Shown: positions 18,201 to 26,809, counted from the first letter of the stretch. The stretch is DNA of 64,000 nt from an uncultured Bifidobacteriaceae bacterium (GCA_964446605.1 CAYUPN010000009.1:1721-65720); one strand, 5' to 3'. Notes: generated by a model not told the origin, from the letters alone. Program-made: numbers and translations.

Positions 18201-18223
18201 GCCAGGCGTGAAACCTGCGCCAT
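15203..18223 (-). CDS. Zincin (HExxH) peptidase domain fused to a TolB-like PD40 beta-propeller and a C-terminal Omp85 (bacterial surface antigen) beta-barrel
   Basis: Signal peptide, then HELAH at nt 17792-17806. Repeated ..SPDG..(I/V)(A/V)F.. PD40 blades follow. The C-terminus reads ..VRGYS...ANLEVR.PL....FADSG.VW....GAGVR....FGFRTGF and ends in F. Confidence 0.7.
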   Translation of the reverse strand: MAQVSRLAVLTFVFLCAAPGARDAAAQYFGRNKVEYSNFEFRVLATEHFDVYHYPDEAESARLAAQLAERWYARFSTLLGHKLSGRQPLILYGSQPEFQQTNVVSGILGDGIGGVTDSARRRITMPFAPTLGETDRILGHELAHAFQFDMVRHSGGSLTWPLWAVEGMAQYLSRGSTDVETEAWLRDAVLHDLLPDSQSTAARRFSPYRFGHAFWAYLAGRFGDKIVADTLKLRRGGSISRRLERLTGERVQGLYEDFLSSARAHYGTPDAGGDDGRKDPREAVPAPGGAALVQNERGGRMQLGPAISPDGRRVVFFSERDRVSIDLFEADAQTGRILRKLATTRDSVRIESLQAIRSAGAWSHDGAQFVFSAIDRGRPSLVILDMADPGERHEVRLPKNGQILSPAWSPEGQAIAFALLRGGITDLYLYDLEARELRQLTNDPFADLHPAWSPDGRRIAFATERFTSKLDPLELGQPGLALLDVASGEVRALEVFEGARHVNPQWSAGSEALYFIADPGGISHVYRLDLATNRAVQLSNEPGGVGGLAETSPALSSALDTDALALTVYRKGRYEVRVYRGEDTREAVPARAFATGGMPPAARKDTLVASAITSAAPAPAVPISTRPYRPDLSLEAIGQPYLSSGGGPLGSYVRGGGSLLFGDLLGERKLLTAFQAGSRLRDFAFALRFLNQEQRLNWGLLAELEPGLRRLPSRTMTEFEDQPALHSQSDYLVRIQGRVGAMLAYPLNRSQRVELIAGVRHARFTREVRSRTISLKTGRTLQEQRYSEPGGEPATMGEIAMAFVGDTAVYGPTGPILGGRYRFEVAPSVGGLSHTRVLADYRRYMMPAKPYTIATRLLHLGQYGRDAHDPRLVPTFLGSRYFVRGYSWSDLRCEWDAAGRCTSFDDLLGSRLFVANLEVRAPLLGLLSRDLTYGIIPMEGFVFADSGLVWSRGRNGSEPMTRRSVNSIGAGVRINAGGMPLEFAVVRAMDAPARGWSFDFGFRTGF

Positions 18224-18421
18224 AGCCCTCCGCGCCGATGTGGAGTTGTGAGCCGGACCGCTGTGAAGGTTTCACTTCTAACGCACGAATCCACACTCGT
18301 CAATAAACTCAGGCGCAGCTTACGGCGCGGCCGGGCTTGAACCGACGCGGTGGTCGGAAGTGGCGAGTGGCGTGATGCGATATGCGATAGGGGAGGGAGG
18401 CTGGACTGGAGGGGAGCGGTG

Positions 18422-18456
18422 CCTGCGGCGGCAGCATGCGGCGCCGCCGCCGCAGG
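18422..18456 (-). terminator. 11-bp GC hairpin (CCTGCGGCGGC ... GCCGCCGCAGG) just downstream of the OM-protein gene
   Basis: Perfect inverted repeat 12 nt after the stop at 18468; no U-tract. Confidence 0.45.
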
Positions 18457-18467
18457 AGCTGACTGGT

Positions 18468-19094
18468 CTAGTTGCCGAAGCGGAACGTCACGCCGACCGT
18501 CGCGCGCCAGAAGTCGAAATCGGCCAGCGCGAGATCGAAGTCGTCATCCGGCTCGTCGTCCTCGAGCGAGCGGAAGTACCGCACGTCGCCACGGATACCG
18601 ATGTGGTCGGTGAAGTACCCGTGCAGGCCTGCGCCGACGTTGAAGCCCAGGTCGTTGGCGCTGAGCTCGTCGAAGAAATCACCGGCGTCGACATGCGTGC
18701 GGATGAGGCCGATTCCGCCGGAGCCGTAGGGCCGGATTCCCGCGCCCAGCTGCCCACCGACCGGAATCCCGACCACGACGTTCCCCATGAGCGTGGTCAC
18801 GTTGCTGTCGCCGAAGTCGAAGTCGCCCGCCGTGTTCTCGAAGAAGTTGGGCGCGTACCCGAAATCGACCTCCCAGCCGATGATGCCGCCGCCCATCCAC
18901 CCGAGGGCGGCACCGAAGTTGACGCGCTGCTCGAATTCGTCGCCGAAGTCATCGACGTCGACGAAGTCGGCGTCACCGCCGAAGTTCGCGCCGACGAACG
19001 GCGTGAGGTACCAATCGGCCGAGGCCCTGGTTGGCGCGGCCGCCATTCCGAACGCCACGATCAGCGTGGCGAACAACAGCTTCCGGACATGCAT
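18468..19094 (-). CDS. Outer-membrane beta-barrel protein (OmpA-N/OmpW-like porin family)
   Basis: An internal ATG follows AAGGAGAG. The signal peptide is MHVRKLLFATLIVAFGMAAAPTRASA. Alternating Gly/aromatic beta-strands follow. Confidence 0.7.
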   Translation of the reverse strand: MHVRKLLFATLIVAFGMAAAPTRASADWYLTPFVGANFGGDADFVDVDDFGDEFEQRVNFGAALGWMGGGIIGWEVDFGYAPNFFENTAGDFDFGDSNVTTLMGNVVVGIPVGGQLGAGIRPYGSGGIGLIRTHVDAGDFFDELSANDLGFNVGAGLHGYFTDHIGIRGDVRYFRSLEDDEPDDDFDLALADFDFWRATVGVTFRFGN

Positions 19095-19399
19095 GAGGTC
19101 TCTCCTTCTTGAGCTGCGAACGGATCCTGGCTGGGCTCCAGGCTCTGCCGGGAACCCCGTGCGACGGATGAGCCGTACACGGCCAGGTCGGGAGCACGCC
19201 CGGTTCAATCGCAATTTGCATACCGGCAGGCCATTCCCGGTCGTTCGGGGGGCTGCGGCCTGCTCGACCGGAGAGAGTCCGGCGATTTGAAAGAATCGAC
19301 ATGGGCAGCTCGTGTATGCGAACTGCCGCCTCGAGTGCACGAGCTCGAGGATGGCGCGTCAGGGCGCCGCAGAGGTGTGGCTGAGCTCAGCGGGCCCGA

Positions 19400-20149
19400 T
19401 CAGAGGTGACGGACCAACCACGGCACGGCGGCATCGGCCATCTCCGCTATCGCACCGGTGAACCGGTGGTCGATGCCCGGAAGCGTGACGATCTCCGGCC
19501 GCCCGCCCGCGGCATGGCGGGCGTCCAGCGAGTCCTGCAGCGGGACGAGGTCGTCGGCATCGCCGTGCACGAGCAGCCACGGGATGCCGATGCGCGCGGC
19601 CTGCGGCAGCACAGACCCGATCCGGCGCGCATCCTCTGCCAGCGTGCGCGACCAGGGGCAGTCCGGCCGGCCGCTCATCGGCTCGCCGTACGCGAGGTGT
19701 CCGAAGCAGCGCTGCATGAACGCATGCACGTGCACCATGCCCGCCAGCGAGACGAGGCAGGCGATCCGGTCGTCCTCCGCCGCGCGCAGCACGCCGACCG
19801 CCCCGCCCATGCTGTGGCCGGCGTAGCCGATGCGCCGCACGCCCGCCGATGTCAGCGCGTCGATCACGGCGCCGAGGTCGGCCGCCTCCTTCGTGGGCGT
19901 CGCCTCCTCGAACGCGCCTTCGGACGCGCCGTTGCCGGCGAACGAGATGCGCAGCGAGGCGATGCCAACCCGCGCCAGGCCGTCGGCGAGCGCGATCAGG
20001 TAAGGCCGGTCCTTGTTGGACGTGACGCCGTGCGCGATGATCACGGCCCTCTCCGGCGGGGAGGAGGACGAGCCGCCGCCCGTCGGGGTGAATGCCGTGT
20101 CGAGCCGCTCGCCGTGCGCGTTGCGGATTGCGTCGAACCGCCCCGTCAT
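19400..20149 (-). CDS. Alpha/beta hydrolase
   Basis: Nucleophile elbow GHSMGG, with later HGDAD..V and a His near the C-terminus. The start overlaps the upstream stop (ATGA). Confidence 0.75.
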   Translation of the reverse strand: MTGRFDAIRNAHGERLDTAFTPTGGGSSSSPPERAVIIAHGVTSNKDRPYLIALADGLARVGIASLRISFAGNGASEGAFEEATPTKEAADLGAVIDALTSAGVRRIGYAGHSMGGAVGVLRAAEDDRIACLVSLAGMVHVHAFMQRCFGHLAYGEPMSGRPDCPWSRTLAEDARRIGSVLPQAARIGIPWLLVHGDADDLVPLQDSLDARHAAGGRPEIVTLPGIDHRFTGAIAEMADAAVPWLVRHL

Positions 20150-21384
20150 CGCCGCTCGATCAGGCCGATCAGCCGGTCGACCGCTTCGTCGACGAACGCC
20201 GGGTCCTCCGCATGCGCGTCGCGCTCGACGGTCGCGATGGTCTTCGGAACGCTCGCCTTCAGCGCGGCGAAGAACCTGGCGTCGCTCGCCGGATCGTTCA
20301 GCGGTCCTCCGGGCATCGCGTACCGCCCCGTGCCGCGCGCCGGGATCATCAGCACGGCGTTGCCGGTGGTGGCCTGCAGGCGGCGCCCCGCTTCACGCGC
20401 CACCTGACGGAGCTCCCGATCGTTCAGCCGCGGCGCGAGCACGACCTCGTTGTGCCAGACGTGGCGGTGCGTCTTCCAGCGCTCGGGCAGCACGTGCGGC
20501 GTCGACACGAGAATGCCGACGTGCTCCGCGCCCCCCGGCACGATCACCTGCGGCAGCCCGAGCCGGCCCGCGACGGTCAGCCGGTCCGGTCCGCCGGCGC
20601 GGAGCCCGTGGAACAGCTCGTCGCTGATCTCGCCCATCGCGTAGTCGAACACCGCGCCGATGAGCCCCTGCTGCATCATCTGCTCCATGGCGCGGCCGCC
20701 GGTGCCGACGGCGTGAAACACGATCGTCTCGTAGCCCCGCTTCGCGAACCGCTCCTGTGCGTGCATCGTCCCCTGCGTCAGCACGCCGAGATTCGAGATG
20801 CCCACGAGCGGACGATCCGCGCGCCGGCGGACGGCACGCCGCCGGCCGCGCGCGCGCGCCATGCCCCAGGCCGCACCGGCGGCGCTGGTCAGGACCTGCC
20901 GCATGAACGCGTTGAGTCCGAGGATGTCGGCCACCGAGAACATCATCGTGATGTCGGAGATCCCGACATACGACGACGTGTCGCCGGAGGCGACCGTCGA
21001 GACCATGATCTTGGGCAGCCCGTAGGGCAGCGCGCGCATGATCATCGTGCAGATGGCCGTGCCCTGCAGGCCGCCGAGTCCGACGACGCCATCGAGCTCA
21101 CCCGCGTCGAGCCTGCGGCGGAGGATCGCGGTGGCGCCGGCGGCCATCACCGGCTGGGCGGCCTCGCGGGTCGGCGCGACGCGCAGCCTCGAGAGCGGCG
21201 TGCCGCCGGCGCGCGCGATCTGCGCACGCGTGACGTCGGCGCGCACGGCCGGCGTGCCCAGCACGCCGAGGTCGACCAGCAGCGGGCGCGCGCCCAGCGC
21301 CGCGAGGCGGTCGCGGAGAAAGCCGGCTTCCTGGCCCTTCGTGTCGAGCGTGGCGAGAACGGCGATGACGGGGGGCACGGGCAC
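20146..21384 (-). CDS. UPF0261 / Tm-1-like ATP-binding domain protein
   Basis: The N-terminus VIAVLATLDTKGQEAGFLRDRLAALGARPLLVDLGVLG is characteristic of UPF0261. Confidence 0.8.
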   Translation of the reverse strand: MPVPPVIAVLATLDTKGQEAGFLRDRLAALGARPLLVDLGVLGTPAVRADVTRAQIARAGGTPLSRLRVAPTREAAQPVMAAGATAILRRRLDAGELDGVVGLGGLQGTAICTMIMRALPYGLPKIMVSTVASGDTSSYVGISDITMMFSVADILGLNAFMRQVLTSAAGAAWGMARARGRRRAVRRRADRPLVGISNLGVLTQGTMHAQERFAKRGYETIVFHAVGTGGRAMEQMMQQGLIGAVFDYAMGEISDELFHGLRAGGPDRLTVAGRLGLPQVIVPGGAEHVGILVSTPHVLPERWKTHRHVWHNEVVLAPRLNDRELRQVAREAGRRLQATTGNAVLMIPARGTGRYAMPGGPLNDPASDARFFAALKASVPKTIATVERDAHAEDPAFVDEAVDRLIGLIERR

Positions 21385-21390
21385 CTCGCT

Positions 21391-22287
21391 TCAGCCGCGG
21401 TTCCGGAACCGCAGGGCCGCAAACGTCCGGGCGGTCTCGAGCACCGCGCGCTCGATGGGGATGCGCTCGGTCGACGATCCGGTCCAGAAGCCGTCGCACG
21501 ACGTGTGGTCGAGCATGTACTGCGCGTCCTCCGGCGTTTCCATCGCCGCGCCGTGCGCGACGAGGATCACGTCCGGCTTGATGCGCCGGAGGCGCTGGCA
21601 CACCGCGTCGGTGCGGGCCGCGGTCTGCTCGATCGTCTCGCCCGAGTCGTAGCCCTTCAGCCCGCCCCTGGTCGTCCCCGCGTGGAAGCAGAAGACGTCC
21701 GGCTGGGCCTCTTCCACGACGCGGAGGCTGTCCTCCTCGTCGAAGGCGAGCCCGATGCTGACCATGTCCATCGTGCGGGCGAGTGTCAGCATGTCGATCT
21801 CGTGCTGCAGCGTGATCCCGGCGCTCGTCAGCACGCGGAACAGGTTGCTGTCCTTGTCGACGTACGAGATGGAGGGCCCGATGTTCGAGACCGCGACCAC
21901 CCCCATCGCCTTGCACTGCTCGAGCACCATCGTCATGTCGCGCAGCGGGTCGTTGGCGTTCAGGCAGGCGCAGACGAACGCGTCCCCCTTCATCGCCGGG
22001 AGGATGTCCTCCCGCGTGTAGTCGAGCGTCTGCCGGTTCGAGTCGAGGATCGGCCAGAGCATCGCCATCGTTCCCATCCCATTCGCGCGCAGGCGGGCGC
22101 CGGAGAACGTATTGACGCAGTCGACGCCGGCACGCTCGAGCAGCTGGGCGACGAGGCCGCTGCCGGCGCTGGCGATGAAGATGGGGAGGCGCTGATCAAT
22201 CTTGCGCCGCAGTTTCTGGAGGATCTCGGCTCTGGACGTACGCGGGACGATCACGGGTCGGCAGCTCCTCGGGTCGGGACGAGACAC
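21391..22287 (-). CDS. Phosphoenolpyruvate hydrolase-like TIM-barrel protein (Tm-1 C-terminal-domain homolog)
   Basis: AEILQKLRRKI....PIFIASAGSGLVAQLLERAGVDCV..FSGARLRANGMG pattern. It lies 6 nt upstream of the UPF0261 gene. Confidence 0.7.
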   Translation of the reverse strand: MSRPDPRSCRPVIVPRTSRAEILQKLRRKIDQRLPIFIASAGSGLVAQLLERAGVDCVNTFSGARLRANGMGTMAMLWPILDSNRQTLDYTREDILPAMKGDAFVCACLNANDPLRDMTMVLEQCKAMGVVAVSNIGPSISYVDKDSNLFRVLTSAGITLQHEIDMLTLARTMDMVSIGLAFDEEDSLRVVEEAQPDVFCFHAGTTRGGLKGYDSGETIEQTAARTDAVCQRLRRIKPDVILVAHGAAMETPEDAQYMLDHTSCDGFWTGSSTERIPIERAVLETARTFAALRFRNRG

Positions 22288-22376
22288 GCCGGCCGCGGCC
22301 GGCAGGATACCTGCTGGATTCTCTCAGATCTCAGCCGTGGATGTCCGCCCGATGTGGCAGGAGCGCTCCGGCGCGA

Positions 22377-22865
22377 TCAGGCGCGTCCGCCCGCTTCCTT
22401 CTGATACGTCCCCATGAGCGTGGCCTGGGCGAGCACGTGGCCTTCCATCGCGCGATCGACGTCCGCGCGCGTGGCGCGACCGAGATCGCCGAGGGGCCGG
22501 TCGAGGGCGAACAGCCGGAAGAAGTAGCGATGCCGCCCGATTGGGGGGCACGGGCCGCCGTACTCCGCGCGCTGCCAGTCGTTCAGTCCGACGCGCGTGC
22601 CGGCCGGCAGCTTCGCGCCCCCGGCTCCCTCCGGCAGACCGCGAAGCGTCGCGGGAAGGTCGTAGAGCACCCAGTGCACCCACGTGCGCTGGGGCGCTGC
22701 CGGGTCCGGCGCATCGGGGTCGTCGACGATGAGCGCGAAGGCGGCCGTGCCGTCCGGCGGATCGGTCCACGACAGGCCCGGCGATACGTCGTCGCCTTCG
22801 CACGTGAACCTCCGCGGGATGGATCCGTCTTCTGAGAGGTGAGGAGACGTGAGCTGGAAGGCCAT
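22377..22865 (-). CDS. YbhB/YbcL-family PEBP (Raf-kinase-inhibitor-like) protein
   Basis: An internal ATG gives MAFQLTSPHLSEDGSIPRRFTCEGDDVSPGLSW, followed by IVDDPDAP, HWVLYD and GPCPP.G.HRYFF.L.ALD. Confidence 0.85.
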   Translation of the reverse strand: MAFQLTSPHLSEDGSIPRRFTCEGDDVSPGLSWTDPPDGTAAFALIVDDPDAPDPAAPQRTWVHWVLYDLPATLRGLPEGAGGAKLPAGTRVGLNDWQRAEYGGPCPPIGRHRYFFRLFALDRPLGDLGRATRADVDRAMEGHVLAQATLMGTYQKEAGGRA

Positions 22866-22956
22866 GGACACCCTCCCCGACCGCGCAGGGGTGTGTTCGG
22901 GCAGGTGCCCGGATTCGCATCGATCCGGGCGGTCCGGCCACGGTCGCATCCGGACC

Positions 22957-25242
22957 ATGAATCCGCCTGAACGCGCCCTGGACGGGGGCTTGCGCCGGGA
23001 CAGCGCGCGCAGTACGCTCGCTTCTTCCAGTCGGCACGCCGTGCAAACCATAGGCCGCTACGAAGTCGCCGAGAAGCTGGGCGAGGGAGGCATGGGGACG
23101 GTCTACAAGGCCTATGATCCCCTGCTGGCCCGGGTCGTCGCGGTCAAGGTCATCTCCGGGCAGCTCGACAGCCAGCCCGAACAGCGGGAGCGCTTCTTCC
23201 GCGAAGCGCGCGCCGCAGCCCAGCTGTCGCACCCGAACATCATCACGATCTACGACCTCGGCGAGCAGGACGGCAAGCCGTTCCTCGCGATGGAGTACCT
23301 CGTCGGGCGCGATCTCGACGCGCGCATGCATGCGCCGGAAGGGATGGCGCTCGCGCGCAAGGTCGAGATCGCCATGGCGATCTGCCAGGGGCTCGCGCAT
23401 GCACACGCCTGCGGCGTCGTGCACCGGGACATCAAGCCCGCCAACGTCTTCCTCGCGAACGACGGCGCCGTCAAGCTGCTCGACTTCGGCCTCGCGCGCC
23501 TCATCACCTCCGAGCTGACGCGCAGCAACATGATGCTCGGGACGCTCAACTACATGGCGCCCGAGCAGCTGCGCGCCGAGCGCACGGATCACCGCGCCGA
23601 CATCTTCTCCCTGGGCGTCGTGCTCTACGAGCTGCTCAGCGGCAAGAAGCCCTTCCAGGGGGATTCGTTCGCTTCGACGATGTACAAGATCCTCCAGGAG
23701 ACACCCGAGCCGCTCGACCGGATCGACGCGAGCCTGCCGGCACAGCTCACGACGGTCGTGGACCGCGCGCTGGCGAAGGCGCGGGACGATCGGTACCAGA
23801 GCGTCCTGGATCTCCTGCGGGATCTCGAAGCGGCGTACGAGACGCTGCGCGGCGCCGACCGCCGCGTCATCGAGCGCGTCGAGACGGCGCTGGCGACCGC
23901 CGGACCGCCGCGGCCTCCCTCCGGATCGCATCCGGACGCGCAGACGATGGCGGACGTCACGGCACCGATGGTGTACGGACCGGGCTCGCCGCGCACGCCG
24001 ACGCCCTCGCCCTCGGCTGCCACGCCGCCCGCGGCATCGCCGGGATCCGTGACCACGACGGCGCATCTGCGCAAGCCCGTGGTCGCGACCGCGGCGTTGG
24101 GGATCATCGGGGTCTCGCTCGGGGCGATGTTCTACTTCGCGCGATCCGACACCTCCGACCCGATCGAGCCGGAGCAGGGGGCCCCCGCATCCGCCCTGAT
24201 CGTCCCGGCGCCGGAGCCGGCGCCCGCGCCGCCCCCCCCCACCACGCCGGCGCCGGAGGCGACGGAGGAACGGGCCGCCGACGGCAGCCCGCCGGGTACG
24301 GTGGCGAGTGCTCCCGCGCCCGAGCGGCCCGAGCCCGATCCCCGTCAGGCGAACGCGGCACGCGCGTCGCGGATGATGCGCGAGGCGCAGTCGCTGTTCG
24401 ATGCGCGACGGTACGAGGATGCGGCGCGCGCCGCCGGCCAGGTGCTGGGTCTCGATCGCACGCATGCCGACGCGCGGGCGCTGCTCGCCCGCATCGCCGC
24501 CATCGAAGGCGCGCACGCGGCGCGCTCACGAGGCGCCATGGACGAGGCGCGCGAAGAGGCGCTCGGCGCGCAGGCGCCCGACCTGGTCCCGCAGCTGTTC
24601 GAGTCCGCCGAGCGCCAGGCGGAGAGCGCACGGGCAGCCGAATCCGATCGCCGCTTCACCGCGGCGGCGGCGCGGTTCGACGCCGCGGCCGCGCTGTACA
24701 GCTCCGCGGCGGCGGCGGCGAAGCGCGAAGCCGAGACGCGCGCCGCACGGGCGCGCGACGAAGAGGACGCGCGCCGCCGGCAGCAGCAGCAGGAGGAGGC
24801 GCTTCGACAGCGCGACGAGCAGGCCCGCCGGGAGCGGGAGGCTGTCGCCGTCCGCACCCCACCGCCGGCGCCCGCTCCGGCGCCGCCGCCTCCGGCCGCA
24901 CCCGCCGCCGAGGAGCTCATCGCCGGCGTCGTCGGCCGCTACGTGCGCGCGCTCGAGGGGCGCGACATCGGCGCGCTGCGCACGATCTGGCCCGGCCTGT
25001 CGGGCGCCGCTCTGGCCGCCATCGAGAACGATTTCGCCAACGCCCGGGCCATCGACGTGGCGTTCTCCGACAGTCACATCGAGGTCCGCGGCGCGTCGGC
25101 GACGGTCACCGGTCTCCGCCGCTACGGCCTGCACACGCGCGACGGCCAGCAACTGCGCAGCGAGACACGGACGACGATCGCGCTGCGCCAGGCCAACGGC
25201 GGCTGGGTGATCGAGTCGATCCGTCACCAACCGGTCAACTGA
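22957..25242 (+). CDS. Ser/Thr protein kinase with a TM segment, a coiled-coil/PT-rich region and a C-terminal NTF2/SnoaL-like domain
   Basis: GEGGMGTVYKA, VAVK, HRDIKPANV, DFGLA and APE. The TM segment is VVATAALGIIGVSLGAMFYFA. The C-terminus reads ...YVRALEGRDIGALRTIWPG...GGWVIESI. The start is uncertain; an alternative GTG lies at 23041. Confidence 0.85.
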   Translation: MNPPERALDGGLRRDSARSTLASSSRHAVQTIGRYEVAEKLGEGGMGTVYKAYDPLLARVVAVKVISGQLDSQPEQRERFFREARAAAQLSHPNIITIYDLGEQDGKPFLAMEYLVGRDLDARMHAPEGMALARKVEIAMAICQGLAHAHACGVVHRDIKPANVFLANDGAVKLLDFGLARLITSELTRSNMMLGTLNYMAPEQLRAERTDHRADIFSLGVVLYELLSGKKPFQGDSFASTMYKILQETPEPLDRIDASLPAQLTTVVDRALAKARDDRYQSVLDLLRDLEAAYETLRGADRRVIERVETALATAGPPRPPSGSHPDAQTMADVTAPMVYGPGSPRTPTPSPSAATPPAASPGSVTTTAHLRKPVVATAALGIIGVSLGAMFYFARSDTSDPIEPEQGAPASALIVPAPEPAPAPPPPTTPAPEATEERAADGSPPGTVASAPAPERPEPDPRQANAARASRMMREAQSLFDARRYEDAARAAGQVLGLDRTHADARALLARIAAIEGAHAARSRGAMDEAREEALGAQAPDLVPQLFESAERQAESARAAESDRRFTAAAARFDAAAALYSSAAAAAKREAETRAARARDEEDARRRQQQQEEALRQRDEQARREREAVAVRTPPPAPAPAPPPPAAPAAEELIAGVVGRYVRALEGRDIGALRTIWPGLSGAALAAIENDFANARAIDVAFSDSHIEVRGASATVTGLRRYGLHTRDGQQLRSETRTTIALRQANGGWVIESIRHQPVN

Positions 25243-25309
25243 GACACGCGGGCCCGCCGAGCGCGGTCCCATCGAACATCGCGGGCCGTCCGGCCCCGGG
25301 GAGTACGCC

Positions 25310-26632
25310 ATGAGCCGAGTGGTCCCGATGCTGCTGCTGATGCTGGTGACCGCGGCCCCCGCCGCGGCGCAGTCCGCGTCGCCGCCGACGCTGGCGCAAA
25401 TCTTCCAGGAGCTGTTCGGGCCCAACGGGCTGGTGGTGAGCAGCGAGGATGTGCTGCCGGACGGGTCCACGCACTCCGCGCACTTCAACGCCGGCTTCCA
25501 GTCGAACTTCACGCAGTTCAACACGGCGCTCGCCGGCCAGCTGACCAGCCTGCCGCTGCCGTCGCCGGCGTCGGGGTTCACGTACAGCTTCGACGCGGCG
25601 ACGGGGACGTTCGTGCGCACGACGCGGAGCTTCGGTCCGATCCTGAGCGACCGCGCCGAGACGATCGGCCGCGGGCGCATGGCCTTCGGGTACAACTTCC
25701 AGTACTTCTCCTTCGACCGGCTCGAGGGACAGGACCTGAGCCGCATTCCCGCCGTGTTCACGCACGACGACTCGCAGCTGGGCGGGGGACGCACCGACGT
25801 CGTGACGACGCGCAACAGCATCGAGGCGTCCGTGGGGCAGTGGACCGGCGCGCTGACCTACGGGTTGACCGATCGGCTCGACATCGCGATTGCCGTGCCG
25901 GTGATCCACACGACGCTGAACGTCACCTCGGCGGCGACGATCGAGCGCATCGGCACGGGCGAGGCGCACGACATCCACTTCTTCCGCGACCCGGACGCGC
26001 CGGGCGGCATCGGATCGAACCGGACGTTCACCTCGTCGGGCAGCGCGAGCGGGATCGGGGACATGATCCTGCGGGTGAAGAGCTCGGTCATGCGCGAGGG
26101 GCCGCGTGCGCTCGCCGTGGGACTCGACGCCCGTCTGCCCACCGGCGACGAGCGCAACCTGCTGGGCGCCGGGGCCTACGGCATCCGCCCCTTCGTGGTG
26201 TACTCGGCGTCCTACCGCCGGCTCGCCCCGCATCTCAATCTGGCCTACGCCTGGAACGGCGACAGCGTGCTGGCCGGCAATCCCGCCACCGGCGAGAAGG
26301 GCGACGTGCCCGATCAGCTGCACGTGTCCGCCGGTACGGACATCGGCGTGAACGATCGGTTCAGCATGACGGTGGACGTGCTCGGCCGGCGTCTCATCGA
26401 CTCGCCGCGCGTGCTCTTCGAATCGCGAACGTTCGTCGGCCCGGTCAGGACGGCGACCTTCGACGACCTCGTCTTCGGGCGCGGCTCGTTCTGGTCGACC
26501 TCCGTGGCCGTGGGCTTCAAGGCGAATCCGGTCGGCCGCCTGCTCGTGGACTTCAACCTGCGCTTCTCGACGCAGGACAACGGCCTGACCGATCGCGTGA
26601 CGCCGCTGCTCGGCATCGAGTACGGATTCTGA
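25310..26632 (+). CDS. Outer-membrane beta-barrel transporter (MetA-pathway/phenol-degradation-like OMP family)
   Basis: Signal peptide ..AAPAAAQS. It also has GIGDMILRVK and ARLPTGDE, and ends in GIEYGF. Confidence 0.65.
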   Translation: MSRVVPMLLLMLVTAAPAAAQSASPPTLAQIFQELFGPNGLVVSSEDVLPDGSTHSAHFNAGFQSNFTQFNTALAGQLTSLPLPSPASGFTYSFDAATGTFVRTTRSFGPILSDRAETIGRGRMAFGYNFQYFSFDRLEGQDLSRIPAVFTHDDSQLGGGRTDVVTTRNSIEASVGQWTGALTYGLTDRLDIAIAVPVIHTTLNVTSAATIERIGTGEAHDIHFFRDPDAPGGIGSNRTFTSSGSASGIGDMILRVKSSVMREGPRALAVGLDARLPTGDERNLLGAGAYGIRPFVVYSASYRRLAPHLNLAYAWNGDSVLAGNPATGEKGDVPDQLHVSAGTDIGVNDRFSMTVDVLGRRLIDSPRVLFESRTFVGPVRTATFDDLVFGRGSFWSTSVAVGFKANPVGRLLVDFNLRFSTQDNGLTDRVTPLLGIEYGF

Positions 26633-26633
26633 G

Positions 26634-26734
26634 TTGGGCCTTGGGCTCTGGGCCTTCGGGCCTTCGGCCCTGGGCCTTGGGCTGGCCTTCGGCCTTCGGC
26701 GGGCCTTGGGCTCTGGACCTTGGGCGTTGGGCGG
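26634..26734. repeat. About 11 tandem 9-mers GGGCCTTSG
   Basis: ttgggccttgggctctgggccttcgggccttcggccctgggccttgggctggccttcggccttcggcgggccttgggctctggaccttgggcgttgggcgg. It begins 2 nt after the stop codon. Confidence 0.9.
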
Positions 26735-26809
26735 TTCCGGATGCGTGGCGGCATCAGGGCTCAGCCGGTTGACGCCCGCTGTCACGGTTAGGCTTTGGGC
26801 GTTGGGTGT

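Noticed and set aside
18275-18303. A possible promoter TTGACG-17nt-TAGAAG (minus strand) upstream of the peptidase-Omp85 gene.
   Set aside because: The -10 box lacks the invariant final T. I have no second line of evidence, so it is not listed as a feature.
22849-22956. The kinase ORF starting at 22849, as in the track.
   Set aside because: That start overlaps the divergent PEBP gene's first codons. The added 36 aa (MSWKAMDTLPDRAGVCSGRCPDSHRSGRSGHGRIRT) look non-coding. ATG 22957 or GTG 23041 is more plausible.
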